From Camelus dromedarius (Eukaryota): a stretch of DNA of 64,000 nucleotides. The notes under the pieces are model-generated. The model was not told where the DNA came from and ran no database searches. It saw only the letters and a list, made by a program, of their open reading frames with translations. Below, in pieces: positions 47,972-60,250 of the stretch. Position 1 is the stretch's first letter, and each line of letters starts with the position of its first letter. The stretch spans positions 41,046,001 through 41,110,000 of the forward strand of contig NC_087447.1 of NCBI RefSeq assembly GCF_036321535.1, in the 5' to 3' direction. The translations under genes were made by a program, and so were the position numbers.

Positions 47972-50299
47972 TATGTGGACTTATTGAACACATAGAAAGC
48001 ATTCAAATAACTGTTAAATGAATGAACCAATGATTGAATTATAAAATAGTCATCCACAGAGCATCCAAACCACTCAGGTTTAGAACTGAGAAAAGCATGG
48101 GCATGGAATACCAAGGAAAAAGTCATTGAGAAAAGTAAGAATTTAAGGAAGAAGGAAAGAAGATGGAAGGAAAATCTGCTAAGAGAAGCCAAGCCAAGGG
48201 GTAGGGTTAGGGAGGAAAGGGGCTGAGAGCAGGCCAGGTGACAGTGGGCAGCTGTAGCAGAGAAAGTCTAATAGAAAACAGCTGCACTGCAGGCTGATGC
48301 TGAAAAAGACTTCAGCACTAGTTACAGGGACAGCGTCATGCATGTCTGAGGTGCAAAGCCTGGGGGGCCCACCTGGGACACTTGCTACCTACTATACAAC
48401 CTTCCTCTGCCTGGACACTTTCAGAACTGGACAGGGTACTCACTCCCAGCATCAGTTATGCATCCATCCCCACACTGTGAATCTTCTCTACTGAAAGCAT
48501 TCATCATTCCTTAACCATTCTTCATGGGACAGTGGCCAAACCATCCACTCTCTGGTCACCCACCCTCATGACAGTTTCCAATTTGTCCAGATCCCCTTTT
48601 CAGGGTGTGGCCCAAAACAGTACCCACTGCACCAGAAGTGGTTGAAGCTGGGTGCACTGGGACAGCTGCAACACTGGGAATCTTGATGGCGTGACGTTCT
48701 AAAAGCCTTTGAAACCAACAAACCTGCCAGCTGGCTAGAGGCCTGGGATGGCTTTGAGCCCCACCTGCTTTGACAGGAGAGGTTACAGCAGATGCTCATG
48801 TATTTCATTGTGTGGCAAATGGATGCAATGTGGGAGGAGAGGGAAATAGAACCTGGGGAAAGGCGCGAACCTTTCTGGGCGGCCCTAACAGATGGGGCCA
48901 TACATAACGAGATAACACGGTTCCAATCTCGGGGCCAGCTGCTGAGGCGTGACTGTTTTCTTAACAGAAAAAGAAGAAATTCTCCTTGAAATGAAAAATA
49001 CAAGGCAGACAAATGTGCCCAAGGAGAGCTGGAGGATTGAGGGCCCTCTCAGAGCTCTTTGAGTAACCATCAAGTTCTACTAAAAAGGCCACTGCAGGTG
49101 AGAGCAGATTCCTTGTTCCTTGCACAGGCTGGATGAAAAGCAGACCCTGGGTGTTCTGTGTGCACCTTCCATAGGCACAGGCACCTGCCTCTCTGGTTGA
49201 TGTTGTTTCGGACAGTCTTCTCCTTGGAACTATTATTTCCCCAAATTTCTTTTGCCAGAAAAATAACTAAAGCGCTTGGGTCCCCTCCCTTCCTGGGACA
49301 TTCTTTAAAATGTATCCATAAAAGTATATCTTAAAAAGGAGTTGTTCGGGTTTTCAACATGTGAATAATTGATTTGTTACAACGCACAAAAGAGCATTTG
49401 TCATTTCAAAACAACCAAGACCAACCGTGCTTCTTCCTACCGAGATGAGTGTGGAGACACTTGACTTATTGCTGCCATTAAATTGAAGTGTTTGGCTGAT
49501 TATTTAGTATTTCAGAATTCCTTATAAATCATCACCTTATTTTGGTGATTACAATTTTAAGGAGAGGCACTTGATTTATGGGCAACATCAGAGAGGAGGA
49601 GCAGGGAGGAAGGAGGGGCCAGGAGGTGCAACAGAGGCAAGAGGCTCAGTGAAGATACAATTGGAAACATCTGTTTGATGCATCGCCCTCTTCTCTACAA
49701 ATTGCAGGCCTGGAATATGCCTACATTTGGGAGATTTTTGTTACCCAAATTTGGCAGATAAATATAACAAGGGGGAGGTGGTAGGGGTGGGAGCAGTGGC
49801 AGGGGAAGGGGTGTTGTCCAAGGTTCTTTCCAGATTTGGATGTGCCAGTCCACTCAGGATTCTGCCCACCTCTTCCCCAGTTGGGGGTAGAAGAGAGTGG
49901 AGTTCTAAAGTGAAATTCATCCTATTGTGCTGCATGAGTAAACCGCGGTATCTAGGTCCGTGTTCACAGTGAAAACGGGCAAACGAAAGGGCTGGTTCCA
50001 GCTGGACACAGCTGGATTCTGAGATGCGGCGGAGCAGAAAATGACTTTTAGGCTCCAGTGAGTCCATCAATCAATCGCATTTATTGGCAGCCAAAGGGAG
50101 GCAGACCAATGCAACAGGCACTTAGGAGGGCCCTGGGAGTGATTAGACGTGATGCCCATCCTGGATCAACTTACAGCCTAACAGGGAAGACCCGAGTGAC
50201 ATGCCGATTGCCCTCAGCGGGTTAAAAAACCATATAAAATATGTCATAGGGTAGCTATGTATAAGTGGCACCTGGTTCATAACAACTCTCCCAGCTGGA

Positions 50300-50835
50300 A
50301 GTTAGTGTCTGAAATTTCTTCCCAGGGAACAAAGACCTCAACTCTGACAGTGAGAGGTCAAGCTTGAGTTTGAAACACTCCAGAAGAAGGACCCTGACTG
50401 GTGAGATATTTCAGTGCTAGATTTTTTCAGTTGGAGCATGTACACATACCCAGGTGGACAGGATGGTGAAAGAGATTCAAACTAATCTTACAGAGAATAT
50501 ATCAAGAAAATGGGGCATTCTGCCTGGAAAAGAGAGGGGATATGAGAGCTCATATGTATCTGAAAGGTTGTCATGGGAAGAAGGAAGCAGATTTATTTTG
50601 TAATCATGCCAGGGAGAAGAATGAGTATTGCTGGTAGAAAGCTGCAGAGAAACAGACTTTAGTTCAACATAATCTAGCAATTAGAGCTCTGTGGGTCCAG
50701 AAAGGTGGTAGACAGTGAAAGGACAGTCTTGGGTGGCCATGTCAGAGTCACAGCTCAGAGATTTCTGCATTTGGTGAGAAGTAACGCTAGATGCAATTTA
50801 AGGTCCCTTGTCACTGTAAGATTATATGATTCTGT
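50300..50835 (+). mobile_element. L3/CR1 3' remnant
   Basis: tatctgaaaggttgtcatgggaagaaggaagcagatttattt ... aaggtcccttgtcactgtaagattatatgattctgtgatt. Confidence 0.7.
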
Positions 50836-51079
50836 GATTCAAATTCATATTAAAATGTGTATGGTTAATAGGTTTTTTCCAGAAAGCATATTGTACTAAA
50901 ACCAGAGAAGAATTTATAAAAAGTGATGGAGATGTTGATGAAATTATATGTGCCCCAAACTGGAGCAGTGGACTTAGAAATGGATAGTGACAGTGGGTTG
51001 TCCTTTTCAGCACTGAACTTGGTATCCTAAATTGGAGAGGTAATAACACATCAGGAGCAAGAACAAACACACTGGCATC

Positions 51080-51280
51080 AGCAAGTGGTTATAGATTCTG
51101 GCTCTAGCATGTAGCATGTGGCTTTGGAAAAGTTACTTAACCTTTCTGAGTTCTGTTTTTCTCCTTAGCCAAGTGAGGACCTAATAGTGCCACATTCATA
51201 AAGACATTGTGAAGATTTGAGATAATTTACGCAAAGAATTAACACAGTGTCCAGCATAGCAAGCACTCAATCATTATAAG
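51080..51280 (+). mobile_element. MIR SINE
   Basis: aagttacttaacctttctgag ... aacacagtgtccagcatagcaagcactcaa. Confidence 0.75.
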
Positions 51281-51399
51281 CTATTAAGAGTAGCATTGCA
51301 CTTTCTTAATTTAAGATACAATTTTTTAAATATATTTTAATGTTTCTGAAATCAGAAAATGTTTTTTAATAGATATTCACATTGAATGTATTCTTTCTC

Positions 51400-51413
51400 T
51401 ACCACCACCACCA

Positions 51414-51445
<32 letters not shown>
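51400..51445. repeat. (ACC)n/(CA)n compound microsatellite
   Basis: accaccaccaccacca followed by about 14 CA units. Confidence 0.95.
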
Positions 51446-51447
<2 letters not shown>

Positions 51448-52088
51448 GACATATACACAGAGAGCTCTTTCTAAATGCAGAGTACACCTTGCAAAGGGCA
51501 GTGTCTTAGAATCAAGGTCTGCATCCTCCTCCATGCAGCCTTTCATGGTTACCAGGCTGAACTCCTGTTGGGAAAATAAAAAATAAAATCTGCTAAATCA
51601 AGCCCCCATCTACGCTTGCTCCTTCTACACCCTGTGCAGGGAGCCCATTCTGAATTTAGCAAACAATACAGGCTACCATTGACCCTGCTCTTTCTGTGTG
51701 CCTGGTTGTGGTTCTGTACTAGATGGGTACACATATATCACCTCATTTAATCCTCCTGTCAACAGTCTGAGGGCAGCACATTTATCACCATCTGGACACT
51801 GAGGCTCCACGTGTCTCAGAGGCTGGCCCAAAAGCATATGGTTAGTAAGCAGAGCATCTAGTTTATGAACCAAATCTCCCAGGATGTTGTAAGAAAGGTG
51901 GGGATTATAACTCGTTTTCACTTCCAGGTTTTTAATTCCCAGGCTATGGCCTCACATGTGGCTTTTAACAAATAGTGATACCATGGGGACTGGGGAGAGG
52001 CATGCGGGAGAGAGGACTGGTATAGCCACCAGTGTCTCAGCCTACATCGACCCTCCACGTACCTCCTGAAGGTGCCTGTGGGCCCGAG

Positions 52089-52263
52089 CACACATGCATA
52101 CACAGACACACACAAACACACACAGGCACACACAGACACAAAAAAAACACGCACACACAGACACACATGCACACACACATACACGTGCGTGCGCACACAC
52201 ACAGACGCACACACACATGCGCACGCACAGACACACACACGCACATACAGACACACACATGCA
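52089..52263. repeat. Complex CA/CG/TA-rich low-complexity tract
   Basis: About 175 bp of degenerate (CA)n with gcac/agac/atac interruptions; explains the HT/CV-rich ORFs. Confidence 0.95.
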
Positions 52264-53429
52264 CCCCCATACACTCTGGCAGCCATGCAAGGGAAAGGCC
52301 TGGGGTGAGGGTGGGCCTCACTGGAACAAGGATGCTGGTTGTTTCCCGACAGCCTCCCAAGACAGTACTCACTTCTTCAGCACAATTCCCAGTCCAGGGA
52401 CTGGTCCTCAGCCTCACAAGCCTGGAAACGGGATCTTGTCAGTCCCCAGAGGAAGAGGACTCAACAAGGCTCACTCAGACCAACACTCACAGAGGATTGA
52501 TCTAAACCAGTTGTTAGTGTATCAATTTGCAGCGAGAGCTCCAAGTGCCAAGTGGCCCACATGAGTGGGCCAGACTAGGCTCCCTGGCCCTGGAGTCAGC
52601 CAAATGCCAGCACATGGCTCCGTGAGCAGGGAGTCAGGGCGGGTGAAAGGAAGGCCTGATGCCTCATTCCCAAGAAGGCCGGCTCGCCAGAGGAGCAGAC
52701 TCGGCCCAGGCCTGGCCCTGCTCCCTCCCCTGCATGAGGCCCTGCCACCTTTGCCCCTTTGGCCCATTTAGAGGTGCTCCAGAGGCTGACCAGCCCTCCT
52801 TCTCCCAAAGTCAACCTCTTCCCAGAGGTTACAGGTTCCATGTCTGGCTACCTCTAGGAGAAGCCCTTGCCGAGCTCTACCTGCCCCTCCTCCTTGCCCC
52901 TCCCCTGCACGTACACAGGACATCTGGAGGAACGAGTGGGGGACACTCACCAACCAGACTCTGCAGGACAGAGAAAGAGGTGCTCAGAGGGTCTTGGCCT
53001 ATTTCCTACTGCTGCTACACTGCAGGGTGAGCCCAAACTGCAAGGTGCCCCCCATCCCACCAGAGCGGGTCTCAGGCATTTTACTCCAACACTTTCAGCC
53101 TGGAAGGAAGTTCTTTTGCCCCAGCCCTGAGGTGTATGGGGCAGATAAGCCCTTAGGAAGGACGTCTCTGAGCCCAGTTCACTGTCCCCGAGGCTCCTCT
53201 CCACCTTTGCCCCACTGCCCTCTGTCTGCCACATTCCCCATCAGGCATTCAAATCCCCCTCCAAGCCTAAGCCCAACCCTGAACCTTGACACACACCACA
53301 TTCCCACAGCCACTCAACTGCAGGAGTGATTCTGGTCCCTGGGGCTCCCCATGGCCTCCTGGTACTGCTTGAGATCCCCCTGAGAATGGAAAGTGCATCT
53401 GGGTAATAATAACAAAACATTTACTAACA

Positions 53430-53690
53430 ACAAAAATAATAATAATTGCATCTATCATACACATATCAAATATTTACCATATGCCAGGCAAACTGCTAAA
53501 TGCTTAACATCTGTTAGAACCTCATTTAAGCCCCCAAACCACCCCAAGAAGTGAGTGTTGCCCACATTTCATGGATGAGGAAACTGAGAAGCCAAGAGTA
53601 GGATCCCCAGGGCCACAGAGCAGATGTGTGGCAGGGCCAGGACTTGAACTCAGACCCACCTGACTCTAGCTCCATGCTTAGAAGCACTAC
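53430..53690 (-). mobile_element. MIR SINE
   Basis: ttaccatatgccaggc ... gatgaggaaactgag ... ggacttgaactcagac. Confidence 0.8.
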
Positions 53691-56006
53691 TCTATCTTGC
53701 CACCCCTCCAGCAGGGCCACCCATCTAGTGGCCCTGCCAAGTAGTGCCATGATGGCAAGGGTAGTGGGAGGCTTTATCTCTTCCATGATTTATTCAGAAG
53801 GGTGAAGAAGAGAAGAAATGTAGTTCATGGGATCTCAGTGATGAGGGCGCTGTTTGGATGGGATGCTCAGAGTCTAACTCCACCAGCATCCCCCCATACT
53901 TTAATATGGACTATTAAACACTTCCTAGTTCTATATATACTGCTGTGCAATAACAATTTCAATTTTGTTTCAGCCAAATTATCACCCCTAAAACCTTACA
54001 ACATGAAAACTCTTAAGCCACCCCTATCTGATTCAGCCATCATTATTCAGGGGTAGGACCACTCTTAGGTGAAACTACCCACCCAGGTGGCCCCTTCGTA
54101 CCATATCTATCCTCCCAGGACCACTTTCTGCAGCCAGGACAGCTTTCATCAGGCTGTGCCTCACGCCCTGGCTGGTGGGCTCTCTTCCAGGCACACCCAG
54201 CTCCTCAGCCCACAAGCTTCCGGAGCAGTCTGTCCCTAGGCTGCTTCTTGAAGACCATCCCCATTATGCATGCAAAGAGCTCCTTTTTCCCCATGGTTTA
54301 TCAGCATGGTGTCCAAAAAAAAGGGGGAGAATTGCAACGAGAAACAAATAAAGCTATGGTTTTAAGATTCCCTGGCATAATTCAAAGGAAGATTATGCTA
54401 AGCATGGAGGAAAAAATCGTCTCATCAAAGGAGCATCATTAGAATTTTCCACATCATTTAAACCTCTGATTTAAACCAGTAGACTTGTAAAAAAAAAAAA
54501 CTAAAATAATAATAAGACTACCATTCTAAAAGCACACAAGACGTGTCTAAGCAAATGCCTGGGAAGCTGCTGAAGATGTCTTTTAATGGGTCCTTCCCCT
54601 CTTCCAACACTGACAGGAACCAATAATTATGGTTTTCTGGATGATTAGCATGAAAAGGGAATAGGCCAGAAAATCTGGACCAAGGATTGCAGCATGTACA
54701 TGAGGGAAATGGGCAGGAGTCATAATAAGATGATTAGAGGCTGGCAGGTTCAACAAGTATATTTTGAGCCTCTGCTCTATGCCAGGCCCTGTGCCAAGAA
54801 CTTACAATACAAAGATCAAAACAAAACAAAACAAAACAAACCTGGTCCCTGGCTTCAGGCTGTTTAGGGTCTAGTGGGGGTGACAGCCTGGTACTCCAGC
54901 AGCTACAGCGTGATGAAAGCATGGGTGCCTTTGACACATACAGGCGGCAACTCGAGTTCAGCTTCCAGCTCTTTGACTCAGTTGGGAAAGTCACTGAACT
55001 CTCTGTGCCTCCCTTTTCTGATATAGCAAATGAGGAGAATAGTAATGATTTGAAGTGTGTAAAGGGCCCAGTATGCACTGACCATTATTGTTGTTATAAT
55101 AGATGGGACTCCCAGTCTAGTCCCCATTCCCTCACCCACCACCACCAAAGCCAAGGTTGGCAAAAGGCTTGGTGAGCTGTGTTATCAAGGATGGGGCAGT
55201 TGGCCACGAGGAGAAGGTGGGAGGCAAAGGAAATAGCATGGGAGAAGCAGAGGCATTAAAGAAACTCAATCACAGGGATGGTGGGTAATGAGATTTGGAG
55301 TGGGGAGTAGGAGCCCGTAAGGCAGAGACGTACAAAGGGGTCGGCCCCTGAGGAATCTTCTTTGTCAGACTAAGGAGCTTGAGTGCTTTTGCTTGTGTAT
55401 TGGAAGCTGTTGAAGGGTGCTAAGCAGAGGAACAGCACAATCGGATTTGCAACCCAGAACAGAGCTTTGCATGGGAAGAGGCTAGAAGTAAGGTCAGCTA
55501 ATAGAAGTCTGGCAGGATCTTCCTCAAACAAATGACACAAAGTAGGATGGATCAAGAGAGGAAATCAAAAGATATTTACGATTTCCAGTTCAAGAAGGTG
55601 GATTGGATACATGTACTTTTATCTCTGTTCCTTCCTGAAATCCCACGAAAAGAACAGTATATAATAATTTTTTTAAGTATAGACCCCAAAGTTAAAGAGA
55701 ATAGATAAAGAGTCAATGGCAATAAGCTTTTGGCAACCTGAAAGCAGACGACTGGCTGGTAATCAACAAGCAAACCCAAGGAAACTGGATTCTGGCCTGG
55801 CAATGAGCAAAACCAAGAACCACCTGATCTGCACCAGAGAAGCCGCCAGGCCCATGCATGGGCAGCACTGGGTCCTCTGCAAATGAGGGGAAGCAGGGGC
55901 CCAAACGGGAAGACTTGGTGCATGTTTATTTATGAAGAAGCTAAAGACCCAAACCCAGGCCAGATGACTGCCTCTCCCCACAGAGTATCACCTCCAGCCT
56001 CTAGGA

Positions 56007-56465
56007 CAGCATTGCCCATAGAAACACAGTGTGAGCCACACACGTAATTTTAAATTTTCTAGTGTCCTCATTAAAAAAAAAAAGAAACAGTCAAATTAAG
56101 TTTGATAATATAGTTTATTTAACCTAATTTATCCAAAATATTATCATTATTAAAAAATTATTGATGAGCTCTTTTACATTCTTGTATTCAAAATACATTG
56201 TGTACTTTAAACCTGCAGCACACATCGATTCGAATGCTGGTTTCATTGGAATACTGTGTTTAGATTTCATAAAATCTACAATCTGAAAAGTAGATCCACA
56301 AACCCAAGTTTTTCCAAAGTATATAAAAGTCTCCCAATACCAAAAAAGAGTATGCATTTTTTTTTAAATGAATTAATTTAAATTACAAATTTAGTTCCTC
56401 AGCTCTACTAGCCACATTTCAAGTGCTAACAGCCTCCTGTGGCTAGAGGCTGCTCTACAACTCAG
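56007..56465. mobile_element. MER33/Charlie1-derived hAT element
   Basis: cagcattgcccatagaa ... ctagccacatttcaagtgct; 8-bp TSD ctctagga (55999-56006) / gtctagga (56466-56473) with the Charlie-type TCTAG target. Confidence 0.85.
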
Positions 56466-58089
56466 GTCTAGGATCTCTGGACTAAAGGACACCAAGTCCA
56501 GCTGAAATCAGGGGCACCATACTAAAAACAAAGGAATTACAAGACTGCTTGTCTGCATACTGGATGTTGAGACTTCCAGCCTTCTTTGAATGGGCTCCTA
56601 TGATTGCTCTTAAGCCAAACTCATACCCTCCAGGCAGAAGACTGAAGATTCTCTTCCAGGAAATCTGACCAGTCCAAAAGGAAGGTCTAAACCTATGATA
56701 TCAAGGGGTCCAGCCAAACAGTCTAACAAAATTGCCCTATATTGAGGTCCAAGGTTGGTATAAGCCCCAACCATGAACAAACAAGAAGCCCCAAACATGT
56801 GAGGAACACCTCTACCATGGAGACAGACTGAAACAAATGGAGGAAGGCAGCTGGAGGGAAGGAGAACACATGGGAAAAAGAAAACATCCAGATACCTGAC
56901 AATAACTCTCAAGAAGCATGTGAAGAATTTGAAGCCACTAAATTAAAACAGGATGCTATTAAAAAGTAATTTTCAGAAAACAAACAACAACAACAAAAAA
57001 GAGCTCTTGGAAATTAACAGAAACCTGTGAGCAGAAGTAAAAGATTCGATACAAGGGCTGAAAGACAAAACTGAGCAAACCTCCCAGAAAGTACAGCATA
57101 AAGACAAGGAGACGGAAAATGAGAAAGAGAAGATTAAAAAAATTAGGGGATTAACTCAGGAGATCCAGTGGCTGGAAAATAGAATTCTACACAGAATGAG
57201 GAGAAAATGGTGGGCAGGAAAACTTTTTTTTTTTTTAATTTTTTTCCAGGAAAATATCCTGTAGCTGAAAAAACATGAGCTCCCATAATGAAAGGGCCCA
57301 TTGCGTACCCAGCACAATGGATGAAAAATAGACTTACTCTAAGGCATAAAAAGGAAATTTTAGAACCCTGGGGCCACATAAAATACCCTCAAAGTTTGCA
57401 GAGAGGGGTGAAAAAAAAAAGATTACAGATAATGGATCAAAATATGATTGACGTGAAACTTCCCAAAGGTAACTCTGAAATTTAGAAGAAAATTAAGCAA
57501 AGCCATCAAAATACTGAGGGAAAATAATTTTTAGCTCAGAATTCTGTACTTACTCAAAATAGAAGATAAATGTGAAAAAGTAAAATAAAAACACTTAGAG
57601 ACTTACCAAGTTAAAAAAAATTCCCTCCCATGAACCCTTTTTCGGAAAGTTACAAGAGGTTACACTACACCAAAATGAGGAAGTAAATGAACAAAGCAGA
57701 TGACACGAGGTCTGACAGGAGGCCTGATGCAAGTGAGAGATCCAGGGGCTCCTGGGATGCAGGTGAAGGATGACTGAGTGTGGTTTCTGTGCAGCAGGCA
57801 GAGGGCTCGGCAGGCCAGCCTGGAGTTGGTCAGAAGCTTTGTGAGCAACCTGAAGAAGACAGTGATGAACTGCCTTTTGTGCTTGAACATATTGAGAGGA
57901 GATTCAGACATCTGGGTGAGGGCTTAGGGGTTGAATTCGTCATGAGTACAAAGAAAAGTATGGAGAAAATTTTAATGGAAGATAATTATAAACGGCCACA
58001 GGGATCAAAAAGTTGTGCAAGAAAGGACAAGTAATAACTAAGCTGCAAACAAAAATTACACTCATAATTTTGATCAAACCAAAACTGCC

Positions 58090-58198
58090 ATGCTCACTTC
58101 AGGAGCACATATACTAAAATTGGAACAACACAGAGAAGATTAGCATGGCTCCTGCACAAGGATGACACGCAAATTCGTGAAGTGTTCCACATCTTTTT
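58090..58198 (+). pseudogene. RNU6: U6 snRNA retro-pseudogene (full length), fused to an L1 3' end
   Basis: Aligns end to end to U6 (GTGCTCGCTTCGGCAGCACATATACTAAAATTGGAACG...) with about 11 substitutions, about 5 at CpG. ACAGAGA box intact at 58130-58136. No recognisable U6 upstream promoter; embedded in an older repeat. Confidence 0.96.
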
Positions 58199-58416
58199 GG
58201 GAGTTCAAGATCTGCATATTAACTACTATATATAAAATAGATAAACAACAAGTTTCTTCTGTACAGCACAGGGAACTATATTCAAAATCTTATAGTAACC
58301 TATGATAAAAAAGAATATGAAAATGAATACATGTATGTATATGTATGACTGAAACATTGTGCTGTACACCAGAAATGGACACATTGTAAACTGACCATAG
58401 TTCAATTTAAAAAAAA
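58199..58416 (+). mobile_element. LINE-1 3' end, L1 moiety of the U6-L1 chimera
   Basis: gggagttcaagatctgcatattaactactatatataaaatagataaac ... gttcaatttaaaaaaaa; same subfamily as 15505-15772. Confidence 0.93.
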
Positions 58417-58699
58417 TGAAATTGTCATATGAAGCTAAAGAGAGGATGGGGGATTACAGAAGTGTGTGGTGTGTGTATAGGAGGAGATAAGCGTGAAAGA
58501 AACCTAAATTCTCACCATAGAGGAAGCAACAGATGAGACTAAAATTGAACTACCAAGAAGCAGTAGTATAAATTTAAAATTCAGAGCTGGAGGTAAATAT
58601 CAAAATAACTGAAAAGGAGAGGCGACTTGACACAGTGGACTGACCTGGGGCTGAGGCAGCAGTGGTTTTTTTTGTTTGTTTTGGTTTGGTTTTTTTGGT

Positions 58700-58890
58700 T
58701 TAAAACAATAAGAATTTGTTCTCTCTTAGTTCTGGGGACCAGAAGTCCACAATTAAGGTATTAGCAGGAGCATACTCCCTACTGAGGCTCCAGGGTGGAA
58801 TCGCTTCTCGGTCTCTTCCAGCTTCTGGTGCCTGTCGTCATTCCTTCACTTGTAGCTGCCTCGCTCCAATCACTGCTTCTGTGCAGCAGC
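58700..58890 (-). mobile_element. MLT1 LTR fragment
   Basis: ttaaaacaataagaatttgttctctcttagttctggggaccagaagtcca ... ctcttccagcttctggtg. Confidence 0.8.
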
Positions 58891-59036
58891 ATTTTTAAAA
58901 GGACTTGCAGAACCACCTGGCTCTGTAAACCACAGTCACATTGAACTTCTGAAAAAATTAAAACTTTAAACAAGAGAACTATTTAGACACTAGGCTCAAC
59001 AGCTTTCTAATTGCAAAGAGAAAAAAGAAGGAGGCA

Positions 59037-59381
59037 GGTATTAGTCAGCCTGTGCTGTCAGCAAAATACCATACACTGTGCGTCTTTACCAACGGGAACC
59101 TGAACTCAGCAGTTCTGGAGACGGGAAGCCTGAGACCAAGGTCCGCTAGGGTCAGTTCCTGCTGAAGGCTCTCTTCCCGGCTTGCAGATGCCCACCTTCT
59201 CACTGTGTCCTCACATGGCCTCTTCTTGTAAGTCCACAGTCCCATTCTGATTAGGGCCTTACCCTTACACCCTCATTTAACCTTAATTGCCTCCTAAAGA
59301 CTCCACCTACAGATACGGTAATACTGGGGGTTAGGGCTTCAACATCTGAATCTGTGGGGGGACACAATTCAGTCTGTAGCA
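59037..59381 (-). mobile_element. MLT1A-like solo LTR
   Basis: gtattagtcagcc ... cttgcagatgcccaccttctcactgtgtcctcacatggcc ... ggacacaattcagtctgtagca. Confidence 0.9.
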
Positions 59382-59389
59382 AGGAGTCA

Positions 59390-60250
59390 GAATTGACTTT
59401 GATCCAGTTGGAGTAACTAAATAGATGGGATGTCACCACAAAGATATAAAACATAGGTGGGGGGAGGGGGGACAAATGGCCAGTCAACTGGTAATGATAA
59501 GTTCCAGCTTAGGCTAAGTCTGCAGGGCCAGTGGGACATCTGAGAGGAGCCATCCAACGGGTGATGGTACGTAGGAGTCTAGAGCTCAAGGTCCAGGTCA
59601 GAGCTAGAGACAGCAGTTACAGATAGTAGATAAACCACGGATTTTCTGGGAATGGAGTAGGGTTAAGAGGAGATACAAGGCAAACTCAGGCCCCTAAAGA
59701 TCACCACACTTAAGGGTCTGTGGGTCTCATGGAGAGGAGACCCAAAGGAAACTGAGTATGTGATCAACAGTCAGAGGCACCAGAGAGACCCAAGTAGATA
59801 AGGACTGAAAATTGTGCACTTGGTTTGATGCTGAGGACACTGGTAGGTCTACCAGAGCAGGTTGAGTGGAGTGGAGGGGACAGAAGCCACACTACCCTAA
59901 GTTGAGGATCAAATGGGAAATGCGAGGCTGAGGCATGAGTAGGCAGCAGAGCATTCTTTTCAGATGTTTGGTTGTGAAGGAAAAAGAGAGTTAGGGTGAA
60001 GGTGTGACTTCAAGCACAATAGTCATGTGCTTAGGGGGAAGAGCCATGAGGAAGAGAAGATGTGGAAGAGACAAGTGGTCACTGAACAAGTGATGATGCT
60101 ACAGTAGATATGAGGGGGGAGGGGCACGAAACTATGGTGATGGAATCAGTCTTAGGAATAGCATGCCCCCATAGGAATGGGAGAGAGTAGGAGAGAAAAG
60201 GAAAGGGGGGAAAGTAGGAGAAAAGGGTAAACTGTGGAAGCTGGATTATC
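59390..60250 (-). mobile_element. LINE-2 remnant
   Basis: Purine-rich; agataaggactgaaaattgtgcacttggtttg; gtggagtggaggggacagaagcca. Confidence 0.65.

Larger units (their letters stand above)
55580..58620 (+). mobile_element. HAL1-like (half-L1, ORF1-only) / ancient L1M element with nested insertions
   Basis: 5' motif gatttccagttcaagaaggtggattg; A-rich ORF1-like stretch 56900-57650 (agctcagaattctgtacttactcaaa); HAL1-like ggggttgaattcgtcatgagtacaaagaaaa at about 57927; no ORF2 seen. Confidence 0.65.

Noticed and set aside
50064..50200. PBX-HOX1 site TGATTGATGG (ccatcaatcaatc)
   Set aside because: Lies in what appears to be an L2 3' tail (tcaatcaatc-gcatttattg ... acttacagcctaacagggaaga), which generates this motif by default.
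51918..52564. His/Thr- or Cys/Val-rich proteins (also 32618-32929)
   Set aside because: Translations of CA/TG microsatellites.
58090..58198. Functional U6 snRNA gene
   Set aside because: About 11 substitutions including CpG decay, fused to an L1 tail, and located in a repeat without a recognisable PSE/TATA promoter.
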